From sequence record NZ_CP136123.1: a DNA stretch of 47,304 bases. The stretch is one strand, 5' to 3'. Source of the stretch: a plasmid. The notes below the pieces were generated by a model. The model searched no databases. It was not told where the DNA came from and saw only the letters and a list, made by a program, of their open reading frames with translations. Made by a program: the position numbers and the translations under genes. Positions 7,407 to 18,347 of this stretch are shown here, piece after piece (within the stretch, counting starts at the first letter, position 1; every line of letters starts with the position of its first letter).

Positions 7407-8943
7407 TAAGAAACGTCATATCATCATCACAACAACAGCCGTTGCGCTACTAGGAGCTGGTGGCCTTTGGGCTGCCACACAAGCACATAGTGATCAACAG
7501 TCCACTCACACCTCGTCTTACCAGAAAAAGATGCAGAAGCCTAAAGCATCCAAAGGTAGCCAAGCTAAGAAGGAGAAGGGCAAGAATACAGTCAACGATA
7601 TTATTGACCAGGCCCTAGGAGAGAGTAGTACCTCAACTTCAAATGAAGATCATGCTTTCAAATCGGCAACCAACAATATCTTGGATAGTGATCCAATTGC
7701 GACTATTGCGAAAGCCTTAGATACGCCAGCAGCAAAAGCATCACTGGCGGCAGCAACGGCGGCAGTTGAACCACCAAAGACTTTAAATGACAATAGCGAT
7801 GATACGGCTAGCGTAAAGCCGCTGACCAATGACACAGCAGACACGTCACAAACTGATCAAGGTAAAACTAACGATGATGGCAAAACGCCGACACCAGTTA
7901 ATCCCATAGAGCCGGTTGACCCAGACAAACCTGTCAATCCAATTACACCAGTCAACCCGGACAACCCAGATAATCCTGTTAACCCAGTTGACCCGGTTAA
8001 TCCCGTTAATCCTGTTCAACCGGAGCAAAATACTGCCCCTGTTTTAAATGTTCCAGAGGATCAAACGGTTTTGCTGTCACATAATGGTACTTTTGATGCG
8101 CTAAATGGCGTGACGGCTTCGGACAAAGAGGATGGCGATCTTACTAAGGCCATTAAGGTGACGGGCAATGTTGATCTAAGCAAAGAGGGGACGTACATCC
8201 TGACCTATTCGGTAACCGACAGTGCCGGTCAAACCACCAGCGCGAAGCGCGTGATCACGGTAGCCAATGATTTGCCAGTTATCAGTGCAGACGATCAAAC
8301 AATCGAAGTGGGAACTTCATTTGATCCCTTGGCAAATGTCACGGCAAGTGATGTGCAAGATGGTGATTTAACCAAGGATATTAAGGTTACAGGCAACGTT
8401 GACACAACTAAGTTAGGAACGTCTCAACTGACCTATAGCGTGTCAGATCATGATGGTGGACAAACAACCAAGACCATTAACATCACGGTTTATGCTAAAG
8501 ACGCCAGTTTTTCAGGACTTGATGCACTGACGGTTCAACAAGGATCAACGCCAGATTTGCGCAAAGGGGTCTCCGTTAGTGACCCGTATAGTGCGACCCC
8601 TAGTGATTTCACGGTGACAGCATGTGATACCAAAACACTAGGACAAAAGTCGGTTACGTACTCGTACGTTGACAAGTGGGGTCATGTAACTACCAAGGAT
8701 CGTGTCATTAATGTGGTTGCTGAAAAGCCAGTTTTCAAAGGGTTACAAGATCAGACCATTAAACTGGGGGATCACTTTGATCCCATGGCCGGTGTGAGTG
8801 CAACGTCAACTAACGGCCCAGTAACAATTTCCTATGAGGGAGAGGTTAATACGCAAAAGGCAGGTCGTTATACGCTGATTTACACGGCAACTGATCAGAA
8901 TGGACAACAGACGCAACAGACCATTGTGGTCACAGTGGAATAG
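7384..8943 (+). CDS. N-terminally anchored surface protein: proline-rich PVNP-repeat stalk plus five ~80-aa Ig-like repeats; candidate mating adhesin
   Basis: Signal/[22 protein letters not shown]; [31 protein letters not shown]; repeated motif [34 protein letters not shown]; no LPXTG. Confidence 0.55.
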   Translation: MKNQQTNNKKRHIIITTTAVALLGAGGLWAATQAHSDQQSTHTSSYQKKMQKPKASKGSQAKKEKGKNTVNDIIDQALGESSTSTSNEDHAFKSATNNILDSDPIATIAKALDTPAAKASLAAATAAVEPPKTLNDNSDDTASVKPLTNDTADTSQTDQGKTNDDGKTPTPVNPIEPVDPDKPVNPITPVNPDNPDNPVNPVDPVNPVNPVQPEQNTAPVLNVPEDQTVLLSHNGTFDALNGVTASDKEDGDLTKAIKVTGNVDLSKEGTYILTYSVTDSAGQTTSAKRVITVANDLPVISADDQTIEVGTSFDPLANVTASDVQDGDLTKDIKVTGNVDTTKLGTSQLTYSVSDHDGGQTTKTINITVYAKDASFSGLDALTVQQGSTPDLRKGVSVSDPYSATPSDFTVTACDTKTLGQKSVTYSYVDKWGHVTTKDRVINVVAEKPVFKGLQDQTIKLGDHFDPMAGVSATSTNGPVTISYEGEVNTQKAGRYTLIYTATDQNGQQTQQTIVVTVE

Positions 8944-8952
8944 GAGGACATC

Positions 8953-9372
8953 ATGGAAGACATCAATAGTGTTCAATTATCAGGAACCGTCATAACCGAT
9001 GTGAAACACCGTCAAAATCAGGATTTCCTAACTGCTTCTGCCTATTTGGAATGTATTCGAGATCATCAAGATCGTACTAAGAAGGTCAATGTTCCCGTTA
9101 AGCTTTATAACGAAACTGCCGCAGACTTCGTTAAGAACGTTAAGCTGGGTGATCGTGTTTTGATCACTGGCCGCTTTGACGCCAGTGTATTCAGTGAAGC
9201 ACCAGGACAATCAACGACCAGATACTTCATTATGGCCGCCAGTTTCGTCAAAATCGTTAAAGAAGCCGTACCGGCAGTTGATGATCAGCTGAACAATCCA
9301 CCTAAAGCGACACACGACACACCCACAGAGTCATCGAACTACAGCAATGTATTACCGGGAGGCTTCAACTAG
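8953..9372 (+). CDS. Hypothetical protein, possibly an OB-fold ssDNA-binding protein
   Basis: 139 aa, beta-rich with VNVPVKLYNETAADFVKNVKLGDRVLITGRF; weak resemblance to plasmid SSB-like proteins. Confidence 0.3.
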   Translation: MEDINSVQLSGTVITDVKHRQNQDFLTASAYLECIRDHQDRTKKVNVPVKLYNETAADFVKNVKLGDRVLITGRFDASVFSEAPGQSTTRYFIMAASFVKIVKEAVPAVDDQLNNPPKATHDTPTESSNYSNVLPGGFN

Positions 9373-9380
9373 GAGGAAAA

Positions 9381-9959
9381 ATGCGAGCGATAAAAACAAT
9401 TTCCAGTTTTACCAGCGATGGCCTCGATGAACGTGTTAATGAAACCACCCGATACCTGATCGCGGCCGGTTATCAGGTGATTGGCATATCGGTTGCAGGA
9501 GAGTGGTGTAAAACAGCAACGATTATCTATGAGACGGGTGTTTCAGCCGATCAAATGAAGCCAACCACGTTGCGGCAACATAGTGAGCGTGCGCTCAGGC
9601 TAATTGTAAGCCTGTTGGCACTGGTATTACTGTATCATGCGCTGCCCGCTGCCTTGTTGACGCAATCCCAGTTATATCAATTTGTTCTTACGGCAGCTGC
9701 GCTAGTATGTGCGGTCGTTTTTGTACAAAGCTTGCGCGTCATATTTCCTCAATGGGGAATCATGATTGGACTGCTTGTTTTGGCAGTCTACGCGCATATC
9801 ATCGAACAAGACATATATGGGATTAAAGAGCATCCACTGATGTTAATTGTCATAACGATCATCGTGGCATTAGCACTCTATGTGCTCAAAATCGCTTATC
9901 AAAGACTTAGAAGGGTGTATTGGCGATTAGTGGAATGGATGGCGAGTCGTCATGAATAA
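9381..9959 (+). CDS. Polytopic membrane protein (about 4 TM) of the tra cluster
   Basis: Hydrophilic N-terminal ~70 aa followed by four hydrophobic helices. Confidence 0.45.
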   Translation: MRAIKTISSFTSDGLDERVNETTRYLIAAGYQVIGISVAGEWCKTATIIYETGVSADQMKPTTLRQHSERALRLIVSLLALVLLYHALPAALLTQSQLYQFVLTAAALVCAVVFVQSLRVIFPQWGIMIGLLVLAVYAHIIEQDIYGIKEHPLMLIVITIIVALALYVLKIAYQRLRRVYWRLVEWMASRHE

Positions 9960-9985
9960 CAGGTCGTAGCAGAAAGGAGGTCAGC

Positions 9986-12442
9986 ATGAACCACGAAAAA
10001 AGGCAGTGGCGTGAAGCGCTTGGTAATAAACGATTTCTAATCGCGATTGCAGGTCTGTGGTTGATAGGTGGTCTACTGATTCTTAATTGGTTGACACATA
10101 TTCCGTCAATGTTCCTAAAACTGATGACACAGGCACCTAGTTTACAAACAATTGTCGCAACGGTACTACATCCAGCTAACTTTTTATGGCCTGATTTCAC
10201 CTATCTGCTGGTAGTGCTGTTGTACTTGGCTGGCCTAATTGCGCTGGTCATATATGTACTCACACGCACCTATCGTTGGCGCAAAGCCTTTCAGTCCATT
10301 AATACTGGACAAAAAGGCACCGGACGCTTTGCACGGGTAGCTGAGGTGGCGGCCGCAAGTATCGCCATTCCATTAAATGACTATCCATATGTCGGTAAGT
10401 CAGGGGTACCTCAGCTCCATATTAAAAAGGATCAAATGGACAAATATGAATTGAAGACTGTTGTGCAGCAGTATCGCGGTGCCGACCAGCATCATGGCGT
10501 TGATCTAGTGGATACCAGTGGCACCAACACAGTTGCTGTGGCTGGGCCAGGTGGTGGGAAGACCACGCTGTTCTCTCTGCCAGTGCTGGATTTCATTATG
10601 CGGGCGTCAGTCCATGATTCTGTCATTATCACCGATGTTAAAGGTGAAATGCTTCGTAGCACCAAAGCAGAATTTGAGACACGTGGTTATCGAGTTGCGG
10701 CTTTAAACCTAGTTGATCCGACTTACTCGATTGCCTATAACCCACTTGAGCTAGTGAAACAAGCGTACGCTGCTGGAGACTTTGATAATGCGCAGATGTT
10801 GTGCAATACCTTTTCTTACAGTATTTTCCACAATCCGAATGCAAAGGAACCGATGTGGGAACAGTCGTCTATTTCACTGCTAAACGCCTTGATTCTAGCG
10901 GTATGTAAGGTCTGCTTTGATCAACACACACCTGAGAAAATCACGATGTATACTGTCACCACTATGTTGAGTGAACTAGGGGCTAATCCAGATGAGAATG
11001 GCATGACCAAACTGGACAAGTTCTTCTCCAAGTTGCCCTCTGGTGATCCAGCCAAATTGCAGTATGGCACAATTCAATTTTCGCAAGGGATTACCCGTAG
11101 CGGTATCTTTACTGGTACGATGGCAGGCATTAAGAACTACGCTTTTAGTAATATTGGCCGCTTAACGGCCACAAACGACTTTAATATTGCCGACTTAGCC
11201 ACTGGTGACAAACCAGTGGCTTTCTTTATCATCTACCCAGATTACGACAACTCGAACTACTCACTAGTTGCGACCTTTCTATCGCAGGTGGGCTATGTGT
11301 TGGCTAAGATGGCGACGCTCGCAGCTGACTCAAAGCTCAAGCGGCGGGTGATTAATCTGTATGAGGAACTGGGTAACTTGCCACGTATTGAAGGACTACC
11401 ACATTACCTCAACGTTGGTCGTGGACGTGGTCTGGTCTATTACCTGATTTTGCAGTCAATTGCACAGTTGGAGGCCAATTATGGCAGGGAAGGCGCTGCC
11501 GAAATCATGGGTGCCTGTGGCAATAAGTATGACATTTTGGCTGATAACTACGATGATGCAGAATACTTCTCCAAGCAAATTGGACAAACAACGGTGATTG
11601 CACCATCGCGTCACGGGGCACCAATGGACACGGACAAGTCGTTTGGTGAGTCGCAAGAAACTAGAAGACTCATGATGCCTGATGAGTTGCTTCGACTCAG
11701 GAAAGGCGAAGTGGTGCTAATTCGCAGCAAGCAACGGTCTGATCTTGAGAATCGTTCAATTACAGCTTGGCCGATTCATGCCAACCCGGATGAGGGCACT
11801 GAGTTACCATTTTCGTTTGAATATCTGACACGGTTTAATCACCAGGCAACCTTTGCCGAGTTGTATGGTGATAAGAAGCCAGCACATAACGACATTGATC
11901 TCAAAAAACTGTTGCTGGATATTACCGTGACAACGATTGAACCTCAGAATGAAAATGATGATCCTGAAATCACAGTTAAAGTGAATGGTCATTCACTCAA
12001 TACCGAAAACGATGAGCCGCAGGTAGAGCAAAATGCGTCTGAACGAGCAGCAACTGACGAAAATTCAGATCAAAATACAGAAAACACACCAGCATTGGAC
12101 TTAAAAAAATCGACAGAGGATTCAAAATCAGATCAGGACAATATTCACCGCTCAGAGGAACCGGAACCTAAAGACCCTAAGAAACAAATCACTACAGAGA
12201 TTGATCAACAAGCGACGCCGCTATCGACTTTGTTTAGCAAATCGCAACTACAGATGATTGAAAAGGACGTTCAAGAGTTGCTCACACAAGATGACTACGC
12301 TGAGTATCAGTCCCTAGATTCTGTTGAAGCGATGACTCATTGGCTCAATGCTCGGCGAGCTATGAAAGACTTTGCTGCACAACTGGATTTTGCCTATCAA
12401 AAGTTAGACGCATTCAAAAAGAAAGAAGGTGACAATACTTGA
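9986..12442 (+). CDS. Type IV coupling protein (VirD4/TraG/TraK family ATPase)
   Basis: Two N-terminal TM helices; Walker A VAVAGPGGGKTT; 818 aa; acidic C-terminal tail; GAAAGGAGG RBS. Confidence 0.85.
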   Translation: MNHEKRQWREALGNKRFLIAIAGLWLIGGLLILNWLTHIPSMFLKLMTQAPSLQTIVATVLHPANFLWPDFTYLLVVLLYLAGLIALVIYVLTRTYRWRKAFQSINTGQKGTGRFARVAEVAAASIAIPLNDYPYVGKSGVPQLHIKKDQMDKYELKTVVQQYRGADQHHGVDLVDTSGTNTVAVAGPGGGKTTLFSLPVLDFIMRASVHDSVIITDVKGEMLRSTKAEFETRGYRVAALNLVDPTYSIAYNPLELVKQAYAAGDFDNAQMLCNTFSYSIFHNPNAKEPMWEQSSISLLNALILAVCKVCFDQHTPEKITMYTVTTMLSELGANPDENGMTKLDKFFSKLPSGDPAKLQYGTIQFSQGITRSGIFTGTMAGIKNYAFSNIGRLTATNDFNIADLATGDKPVAFFIIYPDYDNSNYSLVATFLSQVGYVLAKMATLAADSKLKRRVINLYEELGNLPRIEGLPHYLNVGRGRGLVYYLILQSIAQLEANYGREGAAEIMGACGNKYDILADNYDDAEYFSKQIGQTTVIAPSRHGAPMDTDKSFGESQETRRLMMPDELLRLRKGEVVLIRSKQRSDLENRSITAWPIHANPDEGTELPFSFEYLTRFNHQATFAELYGDKKPAHNDIDLKKLLLDITVTTIEPQNENDDPEITVKVNGHSLNTENDEPQVEQNASERAATDENSDQNTENTPALDLKKSTEDSKSDQDNIHRSEEPEPKDPKKQITTEIDQQATPLSTLFSKSQLQMIEKDVQELLTQDDYAEYQSLDSVEAMTHWLNARRAMKDFAAQLDFAYQKLDAFKKKEGDNT

Positions 12443-14490
12443 ACACAATCGAAGTTTTAGAGAAATTTCAGTCAGTTTTACACACTGCGAGTTGGGTAAG
12501 CGATGGCTTACGCTGGATAGGCTGGCAAATCATTAAAATGATGGCAAACGCGGCGGATGGATTAACTAGCATGTACAGTCAAGCGTTTAAACTCATCGAC
12601 TTTTGGAACTCAAAGGACGTCACTGGCTTTGTGGCTACCTATCAACCAGTTTTTTGGGTTTTAGGAACACTAGGAATTGCCTGGGCTGGATTAATGATGA
12701 TTCATCGAGCCAAAAGCGACTTACAGCAAAAGTTTAACAATCTTATTGTGGCTCTTCTCATTTTTATTGGGATTGGTACGCTAACTTCAACATTATCGGG
12801 CCTTGTCGTTGCGGGAGTTGGATCATCGTTAAAAAATTCCCCGCCAGCAGTTTCCATTGTTTCTAACAACATGACGGACTTGGTGCTGGTTGATAAAGCT
12901 GGTTGGAAAACTCTGAAGCCGAATCCCAGCACCAGCATGAAAACAATCAATGACATCAACTATTTAGATATAAATGAAACCATGGATTCTGGCGGATGGT
13001 GGCACATTGGCTCCAAACTCTCGAAAACCGGAAATGATGTTATGGATAACCAGTTGGTCATGACCAAGGATGGTATGTACGACTTGCGTAACATGCATGG
13101 TTTTTTTCATGACACCACGTACTATCGCTACTCGTTCCACCCATTCTTGATAGCCTTTGAATTAGGGGCGTACCTAATTGCCATTGTGTTAGTCATCATC
13201 AAAGTCTTCCTATCTTGTATGGAGATAGGCTTTACAACAATGTTAGCGCAAGGTATGGCTTTATCGGATATTGACTCCGGGAAACGTAACTTAGCTTTAA
13301 TCCAAAAGTTACGTGATACCTTCATTGTGCTGTTTTTAACCTCCGTGATGTTGCAGCTATTTACGCTTTGGACGAACGCACTTTCCAATCCAGCAAATCA
13401 ACAAAGTCCATTTGCACAGTGCTTAGGAATTATCGCCGGTGCTATGTTTTTGATTAATGGGCCAAACATTGTGATGAGTCTTTTTGGTATGGATGCCGGC
13501 GCGCGTGGTATTGGGGCAACCCTTGTTGGTGGTGCGATGGGACTCCGTGCTATTGGTGGCCTGGGTCGTGGTATGGCACACGGTGTCAACAATGCGGCAC
13601 ACGCAACGGCGCATGGCGCTACTCGTGCGGCGGGATATGGTGCTGGTTTTGCAAATGCGTTTAGGAGCAATAAGAGTAATCGTTCTAGCGGTAGTAAACC
13701 ATCCATTGATGGCATTGGCGCAGAAGCAGCCAAACAAGACGCAGCGACTCCTGATCTGGAAACACCAGCGACAACAGATCCAAAGCTTGGCAAACAAAGT
13801 GGCACAGACGCTAATCCAACCTCATCGAGCGTTGCTGGGCCAGACATGGCATCGTTGAGCGGTACAGAGGCAGCCAGTGAGGCACCAGCGGCCAATGGGC
13901 CGGATATGGCTTCACTAAGTGGCACTGAGCCGGCAAGTGAGATGCCGGCAGCAGCTGGGCCAGACATGGCTTCGTTGAGTGGCACAGAACCAGCCAGTGA
14001 GGCACCAGCAGCAGCTGGGCCAGACATGGCTTCACTGAGTGGTAGTGAACCAATGCAAGGAGATCAAGGCGAGCTTTCAAAACCTAAAACAGCACAACGT
14101 ACGATGGGGCAACCGGCTCCAAAAGGATCAAACTTTGCGACTGGGACTAACACCCGGGGCCAATCAGCGACCAGCAACGTTGGTAGTCAGGCGGGAAACC
14201 GAGCATCAATAGGGAATACTAGTCCAGATAGTGGTACGCAAGTAGAATCTGGAACGCAAGCCGTTGATACTGGCTCAGCGCCACAGCAGATTCCGGCTGA
14301 GACACGGACGCTAGGTCAAATGTGGGGCGGCAGAGTCGTTCCGGCACTTGCCAAGCATTCGCAAACCGTTCGGTTGGCACAGCGTTCCTATAATCGCGGT
14401 GCTGCCATTCCAAGCAATACACGCAAAGTAATCCAAAGTGCAAAGAACTCATATCAAAATCATAATGAACAGCCAACCTTTAGGAGGTGA
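12439..14490 (+). CDS. VirB6/TrsL-like polytopic T4SS membrane protein with a low-complexity Ala/Gly/Ser/Pro-rich C-terminal domain
   Basis: More than 6 TM helices in the first 380 aa; TTG start overlapping the coupling-protein stop; C-terminal repeats GPDMASLSGTE(P/A)ASE(A/M)PAAA. Confidence 0.6.
   Translation: MNTIEVLEKFQSVLHTASWVSDGLRWIGWQIIKMMANAADGLTSMYSQAFKLIDFWNSKDVTGFVATYQPVFWVLGTLGIAWAGLMMIHRAKSDLQQKFNNLIVALLIFIGIGTLTSTLSGLVVAGVGSSLKNSPPAVSIVSNNMTDLVLVDKAGWKTLKPNPSTSMKTINDINYLDINETMDSGGWWHIGSKLSKTGNDVMDNQLVMTKDGMYDLRNMHGFFHDTTYYRYSFHPFLIAFELGAYLIAIVLVIIKVFLSCMEIGFTTMLAQGMALSDIDSGKRNLALIQKLRDTFIVLFLTSVMLQLFTLWTNALSNPANQQSPFAQCLGIIAGAMFLINGPNIVMSLFGMDAGARGIGATLVGGAMGLRAIGGLGRGMAHGVNNAAHATAHGATRAAGYGAGFANAFRSNKSNRSSGSKPSIDGIGAEAAKQDAATPDLETPATTDPKLGKQSGTDANPTSSSVAGPDMASLSGTEAASEAPAANGPDMASLSGTEPASEMPAAAGPDMASLSGTEPASEAPAAAGPDMASLSGSEPMQGDQGELSKPKTAQRTMGQPAPKGSNFATGTNTRGQSATSNVGSQAGNRASIGNTSPDSGTQVESGTQAVDTGSAPQQIPAETRTLGQMWGGRVVPALAKHSQTVRLAQRSYNRGAAIPSNTRKVIQSAKNSYQNHNEQPTFRR
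13835..14060 (+). repeat. Four tandem 60-bp repeats in the VirB6-like gene (20-aa protein repeats)
   Basis: gggccagacatggcttc(a/g)ttgagtggcac(a/t)ga(a/g)cc(a/g)gccagtgag(g/a)(c/t)(a/g)cc(a/g)gcagcagct repeated with exact 60-bp period. Confidence 0.7.
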
Positions 14491-14495
14491 CTTAA

Positions 14496-14831
14496 ATGGC
14501 TCATAAGGTGATTTATTCGCGCCGTCTCATTGTCAAAGGACAATACAACAAACTCCTGACCATACGCGATGTCTTCATTGCAGGTGCTGTTTCCGGGGTC
14601 ACTTTTGTTGTGTTAATAGTGACAACACCCATGGCTGTCGCGTTGTTTGGGTTGATTTTAATGTTTGTGCTAACTGCAGCGTTACGAATCCAATCCGGTG
14701 TACCACAAAAGAACAACTTGCAGGTTATGAAACAGTTGTTACTGCGCAAGCGGGTCATTTACCATGCAATTGACGATCCAATTAGACAACTACTATTCAA
14801 GCGAGGTGAGCATCGTGGCAACAAAGTTTGA
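14496..14831 (+). CDS. Small two-TM membrane protein, VirB3-like position upstream of VirB4
   Basis: AGGAGGTGA RBS; 111 aa with two hydrophobic helices. Confidence 0.45.
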   Translation: MAHKVIYSRRLIVKGQYNKLLTIRDVFIAGAVSGVTFVVLIVTTPMAVALFGLILMFVLTAALRIQSGVPQKNNLQVMKQLLLRKRVIYHAIDDPIRQLLFKRGEHRGNKV

Positions 14832-15411
14832 CGCTGTTGAAGCACGTAAACGCCAAAAAGAGGCAGCCAAGAAAAAGGAACGCAAGGATGGTGTTGGTCG
14901 TATTTATCCAGTTGTTGGTATCACAAATTCTGGCTACATTAAGCTGGCTCACAATGGTCTCATGTTTTATGCGGACGTATTCAAGCCCAAAAGCTTTGAC
15001 TTGTTTGAACTGTCCGTTCAAGACGCTGATCAAATTGAGAGTGAGCTTTGGGGGTTACATCAACAATACCCTGGTTCGATCAAGGAACTATATATGAATT
15101 TTCCAGAGACCAACCAACGGCAACAGACTTATTTCCGGCGGAAAATTGAGCAGACTCGTAATCCCATTTATCTTGAGCTGTTACAACACGATCTAGCTGT
15201 TCTTAAGCAGCTAGAAAAAACCTATCGCAAGCTAAGCAGTTGGATCTGGTTCTTTGGCGACAGTGTGCCGGAGCTAGAAAGAAATCTGGAATTAGCTAGG
15301 CATGCATCGACGCTTTATACCTTTGAGCGTGCTGGACTTGCTGAAAAGGAGAAGATGTTACAGATGATGAATAATCCGGAGGTGAGTGTTAGTGAAACTG
15401 AAGAAGCTTGA
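14815..15411 (+). CDS. Hypothetical tra-cluster protein (about 198 aa from a GTG start; the long ORF begins at 14764)
   Basis: GAGGTGAG RBS before GTG at 14815; basic KRQKEAAKKKERK segment; overlaps both neighbours. Confidence 0.4.
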   Translation: MATKFDAVEARKRQKEAAKKKERKDGVGRIYPVVGITNSGYIKLAHNGLMFYADVFKPKSFDLFELSVQDADQIESELWGLHQQYPGSIKELYMNFPETNQRQQTYFRRKIEQTRNPIYLELLQHDLAVLKQLEKTYRKLSSWIWFFGDSVPELERNLELARHASTLYTFERAGLAEKEKMLQMMNNPEVSVSETEEA

Positions 15412-17320
15412 TTTAGATCAGCACTTTGTTTTTAAAACACAACCTGCAGGCGGTATTGATACGCGCAACGAACTTTATCTGAATATGGGTGATCACTATA
15501 TGACGACGATCCATATTTTTGATATTCCAGAGGAGTTCAGTGACTTTTGGCTCACAGGTATAACTGAAATCCCTGGCGTGACAACAACGGTGGATACGGT
15601 CAATAATACTAAAGCTGATTTCGTCGACAATATTGCGGAGGCTATTACGGAACTGACCGTGCAATTAGATCATGCGAAAAATATTGCCGATTCTGATGAG
15701 ATTCAAAATGAAATTGACCCGCTGCGATCATTGAGCTTAGCACTACGTAAAGACGGTGAGGTCATCAGGCAGACCTACATTCGAGTGTATTGTTATGCGG
15801 CAACTCGTGATCAATTGGAACGTAAAGTAAACGAAGTCGTGAAGCAGATTCGCAAAATGAGCTTCAAGGCCTCAGTCTTCCTCGGTGAAGGTATGGAAGA
15901 GTACCAGGCGATGTTTCTACCTGCTGGTGAACAGCGGTACTTGAAGAATGCGCGCGAAGGGATTCCGCTTAGCGGTGAAGTGTTAGGCTTGAGTTTTGCG
16001 CATAATCAAACCTCTTTGAATGACCCGTTCGGGTCTTATTTTGGCTACACGCAGACTGGCGGAACCGTCTATTGGGATCAGTTTTTAGTTGACAAGCAGC
16101 GAACTTACTACAATCTGTTTTTGAGTGGTGACCTGGGATCAGGTAAATCAACGCAGCTCAAAAAGATTATTTGGGAGCGCGCGATTCGGAGTGACCTGGT
16201 GCGTATTTTTGATCGATCTGGTGAATTTAGAGACACGGTACACGCCCTAGGCGGGAAGGTCGTTAGTTTAGATGGTCGTGACGGCACAATTAACCTGTTG
16301 CAGGTTTATCCAAGTGTGACCGTGGGTGATAGCAACGAAGTTGATCCAGTTGGCAGCTACAAAGCTCATCTCAAGGACTTGAGTGTGAAATATCGCTTGT
16401 TTAATCACGATGCCAGCGGTCAGGAAGCACAATACTTCGCAACCCAATGCGACGGCTTGTATCGTCAACTAGGGCTTCTAGGGGACAGCATTGGCTTAAC
16501 TCAGAAGCCTTTTATTACGGAGCGAGATGCCAATGATTATCCCACGCTCAGTCAACTCATTGACTTCGTTGATCAAAAACGGCAAAACCGCACGGACGAT
16601 ATGGAAAAGAAACTGCTAGATCAGATCTATGTCACCCTTAACAATTTGCGGAAGACTTATGGCGAATTGTTTGATGTGCATTCTACCTTGCCTGATTATG
16701 ACGGTGAGTTGGTGGTTTCCTATGACCTCTCAGCGCTTGCGGATTCATACCCGGAAGAAGTACAGGACTTGCAGATTTATAATGCGCTGATCTCAAGTTA
16801 CAACGTTTGTATGAAACAAGGACGGATTGAAAAGAAGGCATTTGATGACGGTGAGCGATCGCTTGAGAATATTCACCACTTCTTATTGGTCGTTGATGAA
16901 TGTCACACTTTGTTGAACACCAACAAGGCTTATGTGGCCGATCTGTTTGTCCGAATCATGTCAGAAGATCGTAAAGCCTTTGGTGCCATTTGCTTAGCAA
17001 CACAGCGGTTGGAGCGAATGTTTCCTAGCGGTGATAATGCGCAAGACCGAGACACAGTCAGCGCCATTAATGCGCTCAGGCAGATTTATACCTTATGCCA
17101 ATACAAGATTGTTTTGAAGCATGATGCGACAACCATTGGAACAGAAAAGAACCCACGTATTTTGCGCCAGTTGTTAGGTGATATTCTGTCACCTAGCGAG
17201 TTTTTACAGATTCCTAAGTTTGATAAAGGTGAAGCAATGTTCCTTCTAGGATCTGAAAAACTGCATATGCACTTCCAGGTGACGAAGCAAGAACTTGCCA
17301 TCTTCAAGGGTGGTGCCTGA
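15386..17320 (+). CDS. VirB4-family conjugative ATPase (TraE/TrsE/PrgJ-like)
   Basis: Walker A LSGDLGSGKST; Walker B-like VVDECHTLL; 644 aa. Confidence 0.85.
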   Translation: MLVKLKKLDLDQHFVFKTQPAGGIDTRNELYLNMGDHYMTTIHIFDIPEEFSDFWLTGITEIPGVTTTVDTVNNTKADFVDNIAEAITELTVQLDHAKNIADSDEIQNEIDPLRSLSLALRKDGEVIRQTYIRVYCYAATRDQLERKVNEVVKQIRKMSFKASVFLGEGMEEYQAMFLPAGEQRYLKNAREGIPLSGEVLGLSFAHNQTSLNDPFGSYFGYTQTGGTVYWDQFLVDKQRTYYNLFLSGDLGSGKSTQLKKIIWERAIRSDLVRIFDRSGEFRDTVHALGGKVVSLDGRDGTINLLQVYPSVTVGDSNEVDPVGSYKAHLKDLSVKYRLFNHDASGQEAQYFATQCDGLYRQLGLLGDSIGLTQKPFITERDANDYPTLSQLIDFVDQKRQNRTDDMEKKLLDQIYVTLNNLRKTYGELFDVHSTLPDYDGELVVSYDLSALADSYPEEVQDLQIYNALISSYNVCMKQGRIEKKAFDDGERSLENIHHFLLVVDECHTLLNTNKAYVADLFVRIMSEDRKAFGAICLATQRLERMFPSGDNAQDRDTVSAINALRQIYTLCQYKIVLKHDATTIGTEKNPRILRQLLGDILSPSEFLQIPKFDKGEAMFLLGSEKLHMHFQVTKQELAIFKGGA

Positions 17321-17321
17321 T

Positions 17322-18332
17322 GTGAAAACTCTTAGCAAACGTTGGTTGTTGCGTTTGATCTTTGGAAGCTTAAGCAGTTTCGTACTGTTTTTTGTTTTGT
17401 TCATGGTCCTCATTGCAGCCATGTTTGTTGGGTTGAACGATAAGAAAGGTGGCGGTAGCGACTGCGATATTACCGGTAGCATTTCGGCCACGGGTAATTT
17501 CAACAAAGACACCTATCAGCAAGCATGGGCCAAATATTTTACGAGTGGCGTGCTCAAAGATGAAGCTGACTACACCATCAAAGCAGCCAACAAGGCAGGC
17601 GTTTCGCCTGCTCTTTTTGCGTCCATCATGGGACACGAAAGTGGCTGGGGGAAAAGTTCTGCCGTGCGCAATCAAAACAATCCGTCAGGACAAATGTCAG
17701 GTAGCACCATCATTTCATATCCAACTATTGAAGCCGGCATCGACGCAACGGCAGCCACCTTGCATAACCTGGTTGTCGAGCGACAGTTATCAACGGTTGA
17801 GAAGCTTGGTTCGGTCTACTGTCCTGTGGGTGCGACTAACGATCCCACGGGACTGAATGCCAGCTGGGTACCATCCGTCAAAAAAACAATGCTTGAATTT
17901 GGAGCAGATGCCAGTGCCACATTGGCAACGACGTGCAACTCTGGCGCTGGAAGTGTGGGTAACGGTAGTGCCATCATTACCGAAGCAAAGAAATATCTTG
18001 GCGTTCCCTATGTCTGGGGTGGCAAATCCCCAGCGACTGGCATGGACTGTTCCGGCTTTGTTGGTTACGTCTTAATGCAAGTCACGCATAAATCTTACCC
18101 ACAATACACGGTGTCTTTGGAGAGTAAAGGCACGATGCTATTCAATGGTGGCAAACCTGTCATGAGTGAACTACAACCAGGTGACATGATCTTTTATGGT
18201 GATCATGGCGCGTCACATCACATTGCTTTTTACGCTGGTGATGGTCAAGTGATCGAGGAACCTGAACCCAATGACGTCTGTCACATTCGTCCCTATAAAG
18301 ACTATGAACCAGACTTTGCAGTCAGACCATAG
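17322..18332 (+). CDS. Conjugative cell-wall hydrolase (VirB1 analogue): TM anchor + lysozyme-like domain + NlpC/P60 peptidase domain
   Basis: GHESGWGKSS (lysozyme-like/transglycosylase motif); YVWGGKSPATGMDCSGFVGYV...H (NlpC/P60 Cys-His); the long ORF starts at 17295 but GTG at 17322 has the better RBS. Confidence 0.75.
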   Translation: MKTLSKRWLLRLIFGSLSSFVLFFVLFMVLIAAMFVGLNDKKGGGSDCDITGSISATGNFNKDTYQQAWAKYFTSGVLKDEADYTIKAANKAGVSPALFASIMGHESGWGKSSAVRNQNNPSGQMSGSTIISYPTIEAGIDATAATLHNLVVERQLSTVEKLGSVYCPVGATNDPTGLNASWVPSVKKTMLEFGADASATLATTCNSGAGSVGNGSAIITEAKKYLGVPYVWGGKSPATGMDCSGFVGYVLMQVTHKSYPQYTVSLESKGTMLFNGGKPVMSELQPGDMIFYGDHGASHHIAFYAGDGQVIEEPEPNDVCHIRPYKDYEPDFAVRP

Positions 18333-18347
18333 AACAAGGAGGTAAAC

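Noticed and set aside
13398-14080. Several minus-strand and alternative-frame ORFs (209, 124, 124 and 89 aa) within the VirB6-like gene
   Set aside because: All fall in the 60-bp tandem-repeat region, and GC-rich repeats keep every frame open. The plus-strand 683-aa frame is the only one with an RBS and operon context.
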